Of a stretch of 64,000 bases of DNA, positions 55,366 to 64,000 are shown one piece after another (the first letter of the stretch is position 1; the number at the start of each line of letters is the position of its first letter). This DNA is from Neocallimastix sp. 'constans' (lineage: Eukaryota). The position numbers and the translations under genes were made by a program. The notes beneath the pieces were generated by a model. The model did not search any database and was not told where the DNA came from. It worked only from the letters and a program-made list of their open reading frames with translations. Location of the stretch: contig JBODTK010000121.1 in assembly GCA_050613775.1 (NCBI GenBank), forward strand, positions 186,001 to 250,000, read 5' to 3'.

Positions 55366-56575
55366 TAGTTATCCTTTCTTGAGTAGGAAGAGAGTAAATT
55401 GGAATACTGGAAGACTGTTGAAAGTGAACCTGATGTTTTATATTGTTTTAAACTGGATATGTAGTGACATTGAAGTTGTATAATTAATAATATCATGTAG
55501 TTTTTACATATTATCATTATAATGAATCTATTGTATTTTTTACTTTAGCATTATTTTGTATATGTATTTTTCTATAGTATTATTTAAACTCTCATGTAGC
55601 TATAGTAAAATGGAAATATAGGAGATCGATTCACTCCAAAGCTTGTGTTTAAGATATTTTTTAATGGATGGGAATCTTTTTATTGTCTTTCACTACTAAT
55701 ATTTCTTTTTTTTTTTTTTTTTTTATTTTTTTTAAATCTACTTTTAGCTAATTTATGATTATTCAAAAGAAAACTTTTAACCTTTTTAAGAGCTTTATTA
55801 ATTAAAAGAATTACAATCATTCAAAAAGATAAAAAGAAATGATTATTCATTTTAACAGTATATATAAGTAGTTTTGTATTAATAACTTTCTAACCCTTGT
55901 GAAAAATTATAAATATTATAACAACAATACCGGATAAAATCAATTATTTACAAAATCAAACAATTACAAAATCAAACAATTACAAAATCATTAAGAACAA
56001 CGATATATTTCAAGCTTTCATATATTCAACACTAACAATTTTTTTTTAATACTATTTAAAGGGAGTTTTCTTTTTCTTTTATTATTTTATTTTTATTTTA
56101 TTATATATATATTAAAAAAAATAATAAAAATAGATAAATTTTTTTTTTTTTTTTTTTTATTATCATTTTTTATTTTATACTTCTTTTATTTTATTTTTTT
56201 AGGCTTTCTTCGAAATAGATAATACTTCTTCAAATACAGCAACTATACCTGTTTTACGGCGAGGCCTTCGAAAATTCAGTATTCAGAATAAAGATTTCAT
56301 TCTTATCTTTATTCATGATCTTCAATCATAGTCTGTTAGTAAACTGTGGGTATTTCTTAGTAAAAATGTATAAGTCTTTACACTTCATTAAGAATTATAT
56401 GTCAGAGACAAAAAATTTTTGAAAATAAAGATATTTATCTTGCCTTTATGGACTTTAAAAAAACATATGACTCAGTTCCTATTATTAATGTATTCATCAA
56501 TTAGGCATTAGATGTATGTGCTATAATTTTTTTTTTTTTTTCAGATGTGTACGCAGTATTTTAATATTAATGTAA

Positions 56576-56606
<31 letters not shown>

Positions 56607-56767
56607 ATATAGAAAAAAAAAACAGGAATGAATATTATATATATATATATATATAATATTATATTATTTTAAAGAATATTATATATATATATATATATAT
56701 AAAAGATTTATTCAATAACAATTTGAAAAAACTTTTATAATAAAAAAAGAAATATAATTATTAAATA

Positions 56768-56769
56768 TA

Positions 56770-56866
<97 letters not shown>
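56768..56866. repeat. (ATT)n microsatellite
   Basis: Direct reading. Confidence 0.95.
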
Positions 56867-56868
<2 letters not shown>

Positions 56869-57967
56869 TTATATTTATTTTATTAATATTAAAATTAAAT
56901 ATTTAATATTTAATATTAGGTTAAAAAACAAAAAACAAAAAAACAATAAACATTAGATTACATAGTTGTAAATAATTTAACAAAACAAAAAAAAAAGTGC
57001 ATATTTTAAAAGGTAATGTTAAATAAATACCTTTTTCTTACTTTGCAATAATTACAACTCTTGTATAAATAATGAAATATTTAATATTGTTATTTTATTA
57101 TTATTACTATTATTTTTCTTTCTTTTTTTTTTTTTTTTAATAAAAAAGAAAAAAATAAAAAAATAAAAATAAATAAATATTAAATATAAATATGTATTAA
57201 CTTCAATAAAAAAAAAAAAATTCAATTATTTACTAATTTATTATTTTTTTCATATTAATAATTTTTTATATTTTTTTATATTATTTTGATTTATTTATAA
57301 AAAAAAAAAAAAAATACAATTAAATATAATTTTTTTTTTTTTTCAATTAAAAATATTATAAACATTTATTTAATAAAAATTAGTAATATTAAATTCTCAA
57401 TTTTTTTTTTTTTTTTTAAAAAAAAAGATACAATTATTTTTCTTTTATTTTTTATTTATAATTTTTTTTTATGTATCTTGTTTATATATTTTTTTTCTAA
57501 ATATATTTTATTTACTTATGTATTTATAATTTTTTTATATTTTATTATTATTTATTTAATAATAATTTTTTTTCTTATTCTTTTATTTTTATTTTATTTT
57601 TATAATTTTTTATTAAATACTTTATTTTATTTTATTTTTTTATAAACATTTATTTATTCTATTTATACTTAATATTCTATTTATTAATTTATATATGTTT
57701 CATATTTTTTTTTTTTTTTTTTTTTTATTTTTTTTTATTTTATTTTATAAAAGATATAAAAAATTTAACAATAAACAAAGATGGTAATTATATCAACTCA
57801 TAAAAAGTTGATATTTATTATTTGTATTACTCGGATTTTTTATTAAAAAATTAAACATCTTAAAGAATACAAACCAAAAAAAAAAAAAAAAAAAAAAGTA
57901 TCATCAAATAGAAAATTTTTAGAGCTATTATTATTTTTAAAACTTTTTCTAATATTTTATTTTTCCT

Positions 57968-58004
<37 letters not shown>

Positions 58005-58049
58005 CTAATTTCTAATATATATATAATTTTCTTTTTAAGAGCTATATTA

Positions 58050-61000
58050 CTATTTTGGATGTGAAAGTGCAAGTTTCAATAGAAGATTTTTACGAGCTTG
58101 ATCAGTTACCTTCTTTTTGAATTCTTCTTCTTCTTGTCTTTCTTGTTCTTCATCTTCTAATCTTGCTTGATAAACACGTACTAATCTTGGAACCATACGT
58201 CCATTACGAGAAGGCTCAATTTCTTCACCTAAACATTGAATTGGGAAAATACCATCCATACGTTTCTTTTTAACAATACCATATGCCCAGCCATCTTCAA
58301 ATACTTGTTTAATTTGTACTATATCACCTTTCCTTAATGGAATTTCATCAGGTAATTGTGGTTTATGATCATAAACAACTTCAAATTGCTTATGTCTACT
58401 AATTTTGCCAATGGAATAAGAATGAGATCCACTAGAAATGGTAGAATCTTCAGAAGGTGTTGGGGATATACATTGATCACGTAAAGAATCTGAATCTGAT
58501 GCTGTTGATAGTGAAGGTGATATACTATGACTATAATTATTGTAAAATCCTGTTGGAGTTGGAGATCTAAGTTGATTATGCAATTGGAAAGCAGTAAAAG
58601 AAGATGGAGTGATTGATGGACTTTGTTTATCTGGGGTATTATCTTCTTTAAATGGTTGAATATCATCTACCGATGTATCAATATTAAGTGCTAATTTTGA
58701 GGATTGGATATTATTTTTTGATTTTTCAATTTTACTTTTAGAGTCATCATGAGAAATTTCTGAATTTTCATTTTGTAATATATATGTAGATAGAGCGGAT
58801 GATCTTCTTTTATTCAATGAATTAACAGAAGTATCGGATTGAATACTATTTCTTTTTTCAACATAATCATTAAATTTTTCTTTAATAGAATCGTTATCTA
58901 TTTCATTTGCAATAGATTCAATTTCTTCATTAATTGATTGTTGAATTTTCTTTGCTTTATTTTGCTTATTTTTCTTGGAAGAATAGTAGTTAGCTTTGGA
59001 ACCTATTGATTCTCTTCTTTTCTTAATATGAAGATTTAATGAAGATGTTCTTTTGTTAAGTTTTATAACTGACTTAGTTTCATCTTCATCTTTGTTATTT
59101 TCTTCGGTTGATTTCTTTGCATCATCATTAATTTCATATAACGGTGGTTTAATATCAGTAATTTCATTTTCTAATGATGCTTGAATTGTTTGAATATTTT
59201 CTTCAATTTTTTCCATTTGAAGTTTTTGGTTATCAACTTCTAATTTCTTTTTATCTATTGGTTCAACATCTGAATCATTTTGTAAATCTACTCTTTCAAT
59301 TTTAGGTTCTGTTGAATGAACAATTTTATTTAATGATTCAATTTCATCGACCTTAGTATCAGCTTTAACTTCACCATTTTCAAATTCTGTTGATGGTTTA
59401 ATGATTTCAAAAGATGATTTTTCAATTTCACCTACTTCAATTTCAGATGATGGTTTTTCGGTTTCATTAACCTTAGCATCAACTTCAATTTCAGAGGATA
59501 GTTTTTCGGTTTCATCAACCTTAGCATCAACTTCAATTTCAGAAGATGGTTTTTCGGTTTCATCAACCTTAGCATCAACTTCAATTTCAGAGGATGGTTT
59601 TTCGGTTTCATCAACCTTAGCATCAACTTCAATTTCAGAGGATGGTTTTTCGGTTTCATCAACCTTAGCATCAACTTCAATTTCAGAGGATGGTTTTTCG
59701 GTTTCATCAACCTTAGCATCAACTTCAATTTCAGAGGATGGTTTTTCGGTTTCATCAACCTTAGCATCAACTTCAATTTCAGAGGATGGTTTTTCGGTTT
59801 CATCAACCTTAGCATCAACTTCAATTTCAGAGGATGGTTTTTCGGTTTCATCAACCTTAGCATCAACTTCAATTTCAGAGGATGGTTTTTCGGTTTCATC
59901 AACCTTAGCATCAACTTCAATTTCAGAGAATGGTTTTTCGGTTTCATCAACCTTAGCATCAACTTCAATTTCAGAGGATGGGTTTTCGGTTTCATCAATC
60001 TTAATTTCATTTTCAATGTCAGCTTTAATGTTTTTAACTTCAGTTATTGGTTCAATATTTTCAGTAGAAGGTTTTTCAGTTTCAGTTTCATCTGGAGATG
60101 GAGTAATAATAACTTCAATACCTCCTACTGGTTTATTATCTTTGATAATTACAAAGGATTGACTTTCTTGATTCTTTTCGTAATATTTTTCAGGAACTGG
60201 AATAGATAATAATTGAGAATTATTATTTGATTCTAAAACTTCTAATGATTCAACACTAGATTGGTTTATATCTTCAATATATTCCTCATCTTCCTGTGAA
60301 CTATTAACTTCCCCTAAATCAAGACTACTCATTGAATCATCATTTGTATCAATTGGATCTATTTTGGCACCAATATTTGATATACTTTCTTCAGAACTAC
60401 TGATAGAAAGTTCTTCACTACCATTAAATTGATTTTCTACTTTTAATGACGATGAATGAGTAACAGAAATATCATGATTCTGTGATGAAATAATTAAATC
60501 ATTATCTTGAACCGAAGATACTGGCTCTTCATTTTCTATTTGAGTTATAATTTGTATTTCATCAGATGATTGTTCTTTATTATTTTCCTTACTTTCATTA
60601 GATGAATTTGAATCATTCGATAATTTTTGATTATTTTCTTGAATAGAAGTATCACCATCCAACGATAACGGCTTTAAACTCTTATTAATTAATGTCTTTT
60701 CATCATTAATATTTATACCTGTATTATTTATAGATTCATTTTCATCACCATTTTTTTGATTTTCATTTTTATGACTCTTTTCATTTATTATAGATTTTTT
60801 ACTTTTCACTGATTCACATTTTTCTTTTTCAATAGAATTTTGATTTTCTAATGATTCTATTTTAATATTAGGCTTAACTTCAATATTATTAATACCTATT
60901 AAAATTTTCTTGGAAATTGAAGAAGATTCATCTAAATTATAATAAATAATAAATATAATAATTATTATAAGAAAATTATTTAATAATTTTAATATAAATA

Positions 61001-61716
61001 ATTTGTTGTATTCATGTATGATTAATTAAATATATAAATATACATATACAACTAAGAATATATAATTAAAAAATATAAAAAAAATATATACCATTAAGGA
61101 AACTTGGTGAATTTTCAATATATGAAGTTTCGATAGGGATTTTTGAGTCAGTAATTTCTTGTGTCTTTAAATTATTTAATTCATCTTCAAAGATATTATA
61201 GTTTTCAAGATTTGGAGATGAATAATTATTGCTAATATTTATAAATGTTTTACTATTTGGTCTAGGTGTGCTACTTTGTGATATTGAACCAAGTTCAATA
61301 ATTGAAGATAAAGATGTACTATCTTTACTAGTATTAATATATTTTTCAATTATATTTGTAATGTCTATAGATAGATATGAATTACCATGTATCTCTGAAA
61401 AGTTTATACTATCAAATTGAATATTTTCAAATGTTTTATCAGTTATGTCTATATCTGAATCTGAAGGTTTTGGATCATTTTTCTCTTTTACAAACAATTT
61501 CTTAATACAATTGTACCATAAAGATTTTGTAAAATATAAAATAGAACCAATTATAAACAATAATACTATAATAAGAAATACTTTTAAAGTATTATTATTA
61601 TTTCCTCCATTTTCGTTTCTTTTATAATTATTATTATCTTTGTTTACTGGTTTTGATTGAATTAATTCAATGTAACTGTTTAATATTAAAAAAATAGTTG
61701 TTAAAAAAGATGACAT
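58050..61716 (-). CDS. Signal peptide + single TM + long acidic disordered region + C-terminal SH3 protein, 2 exons (61716-61092, 60931-58050)
   Basis: A phase-1 GT..AG intron joins the 216-aa and 919-aa ORFs in frame. Hydrophobic N-terminus, TM VFLIIVLLFIIGSILYF, SH3 FEVVYDHKPQLPDEIPLRKGDIVQIKQVFEDGWAYG..GIFPIQCL. Confidence 0.85.
59437..59999 (-). repeat. Coding 48-bp minisatellite (EKPSSEIEVDAKVDET), about 12 copies
   Basis: Plus-strand unit GGTTTTTCGGTTTCATCAACCTTAGCATCAACTTCAATTTCAGAGGAT, nearly invariant. Confidence 0.95.
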
Positions 61717-64000
61717 TTTATTATTAATTTAAAAATAAATAGTATAGAAAAATTTTTATAGCTATTTTTATATAAAATTTCAAGATATATTAAAAAATAT
61801 ATATATAAATAAATATATTTTGAAATTATTTTTTACTATAAAAAAAAGGAAAAAAAAAAGGAATTAGAAGTTTATATTAATTTTTATAGAATAAATAAAA
61901 TTGTTATTATTTAATTATATGAGATAAAATTAAAAATGTAATTAAATAATATTGATTTATTATTGTTTTAGTTATTAGAATTATTAATTTTAATTTTTAT
62001 TTTATTATTCTATTTATTTTTTATTATTTTTATTACTATTATTATTAATTTTTTAAATATAGAAAAGAATAAGAATATTAAATACTTTTAAAATGATATA
62101 AATATATTTTATATTAATAAAAGCATTGATTAATGAAAATTAAAAAAATTATGATTATTAAAATTATCTTTAATAAAGTATTTTTATGTATTTGTATTGA
62201 TGTTTTAAATTGACTTTAATTATTTTTAATAAATAAATTATAAACTGGTATAATAAATACTATTTATTTTTGATTTTATTAATTTATTTATTTATAATTA
62301 CTGTTTTTTTTTGTTTAAATAAAAAGTTTTTAAAACATATATATTATTTTATTGATAAATATACACTTTTATTTTTTAAGATATCAATAAAATAATTTTC
62401 TTTTCTATAATAAAAAATTTTTTTGATTATTAATTTTATTTTTAGGTTTTATTATATAACATGATTATTTTTTTTTTATATTTAATCATTAATTTTAAAC
62501 TTTTAAAAATATTATAATTTTAATTAACGCTTATTATCATAAATATATCTTATTGAATTAATACATATTATTTTTCTCAATGTTCAATATGAGTTATGAA
62601 TAATAAGTATAATTATAATTATAGTATTATATATTTATAAATAATTGAAATTTAAAAAAAAAAATATATATATATATATATTTTTTCCCTCTTAAAAGTT
62701 ATATTAATTTGTAATTTTGTTTTAAAAGAAAAAAAAAGATGATTGATTTATTTTCAATTATTTATCTATTAAAATTTTATTATTTATTTATTAATTCATT
62801 TTATTATCTATGTTGTTTATTTTATTTTAAATTATTTTTTAATTTTATTTTAATGCCTTTTATTTATGTTTATTATTATTTTTTTTTTAACTTGGCATTT
62901 CTATTTCTATTTTTATTTTATTTTTATTTTATTTTAATTTTTATTTTAATTTTTATTTTAATTTTTATTTTTGTTTTAATTTTTATTTTTATTTTTATTT
63001 TTATTTATTTATTTATTAATTTTCTTTTTTTTTCTTTTCTTCTTTTTATTTTTAAAAAGAAAAAAAAAAAAAAAAAAAGAATTTTTTATATTAATAAAAA
63101 TTATTAAAATCTTTTTTAACAAAATTCAAATTTATTAATTATTATATATAATTCAAAATATTATAATTCTTTGCCTTAATATTTTTATCCATATTATAAA
63201 TGAAGTTTTTATTAATGTTATATGCTGTTTTACATTATAAAAATATATACAAAAAAAAAAAAAGATAATAAATGTAATTATATTTATTATATATATAATA
63301 AATATATTTTCATAATTTTGATATATATTTAAAAATATATTTTAAAAAATGAAAATAAGATTTTTTTAATTTAAAAAAAAAAAAGATTTTATTTAATATT
63401 AAGTACTAATATTTAATTAATATATCATATTGTATAGTGTAATATTTATAATTAAAGTATTATTATTATTTATTTATTATATATTCTATTACATTATATA
63501 CTACTATGATATGGAATAAGAAATAAGAAAAGTTTTATTATTTAATATACTTTTTTTATAATAAAAATAATAAAATTTAATTTTTATTAATTTAAAATTC
63601 ATTAATATTAAATTTGTGTAACAGTTCGATTAAAATATGATTAACCTTTCTATTAGAAATTAATAAATGAACAATAAAAACAAATCAACACAGAAAAAAA
63701 TTTAAAAAAAAAAAATGTTGTAACAAAATTAAAAAATTGGGAAATAAAGAGGAGGAATTTTTTTTAAAGTTATAATTGATTATTATTATATTAAGTTAGT
63801 TTTTATTTTTAAATATAAATAAATTTTAAATGTTAGTTTAAATATATATATATTATTAAATTAGATATACCGTTTTTACAAATAAATATAAAAATTTAAG
63901 AAATATTGTTCTTCATTTTATAATGTAATTTCTATAATTGAAAAAATAGATGAATATTTTTATAGAAATTTTAATAATAAAATAATTTATATTAATAGAA

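Larger units (their letters stand above)
45223..56607 (+). mobile_element. Older, internally deleted LINE relic (45223-45337 joined to 55376-about 56607) interrupted by two young copies
   Basis: 45223-45337 and 55376-55700 are collinear with the young elements' 5' UTR. 56255-56370 encodes RRGLRKF..FILIFIHDLQS*SVSKLWVFLSK (ORF N-terminus homolog). 56375-56485 encodes RT ..ICQR..YLAFMDFKKTYDSVPI. (TAAA)n follows at about 56575-56607. Confidence 0.85.

Noticed and set aside
59401..60162. Antisense and alternative-frame ORFs over the 48-bp repeat (also 31422-32126 antisense to the Siz tail)
   Set aside because: Shadow ORFs of repetitive or biased coding sequence on the real gene.

Overview
Extremely AT-rich, intron-containing eukaryotic DNA, almost certainly from an anaerobic gut fungus (Neocallimastigomycota), judged from the base composition and a XynB-type GH10 xylanase. 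Host genes: AMMECR1-family protein (-), a small basic orphan ORF (-), a FUSC/ArAE-type multipass membrane protein (-), NudCD1 (-), Nur1/Mug154 (-), a Siz/PIAS SUMO E3 ligase (+), an intronless GH10-linker-CBM1 xylanase (+), and a signal peptide/TM/SH3 protein (-). Mobile DNA: a MULE-like MITE inside a LINE RT relic, a candidate tRNA-Ala-derived SINE, a scrambled Ty1/copia graveyard, and a nest of non-LTR retrotransposons at 45.2-56.6 kb. The nest is the most notable feature. Two near-identical full-length single-ORF LINEs sit inside the 5' leader of an older relative, each with a resolvable 12-bp target-site duplication. Three 5' ends begin with a kink-turn-like hairpin (CCC-AAU-GA...GA-GGG) and the relic carries a decayed version. 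All three inferred insertions lie about 110-120 nt downstream of such a hairpin. This suggests a self-targeting, leader-capturing retrotransposon system; the mechanism is inference. All coordinates, alignments and RNA folds were done by eye.
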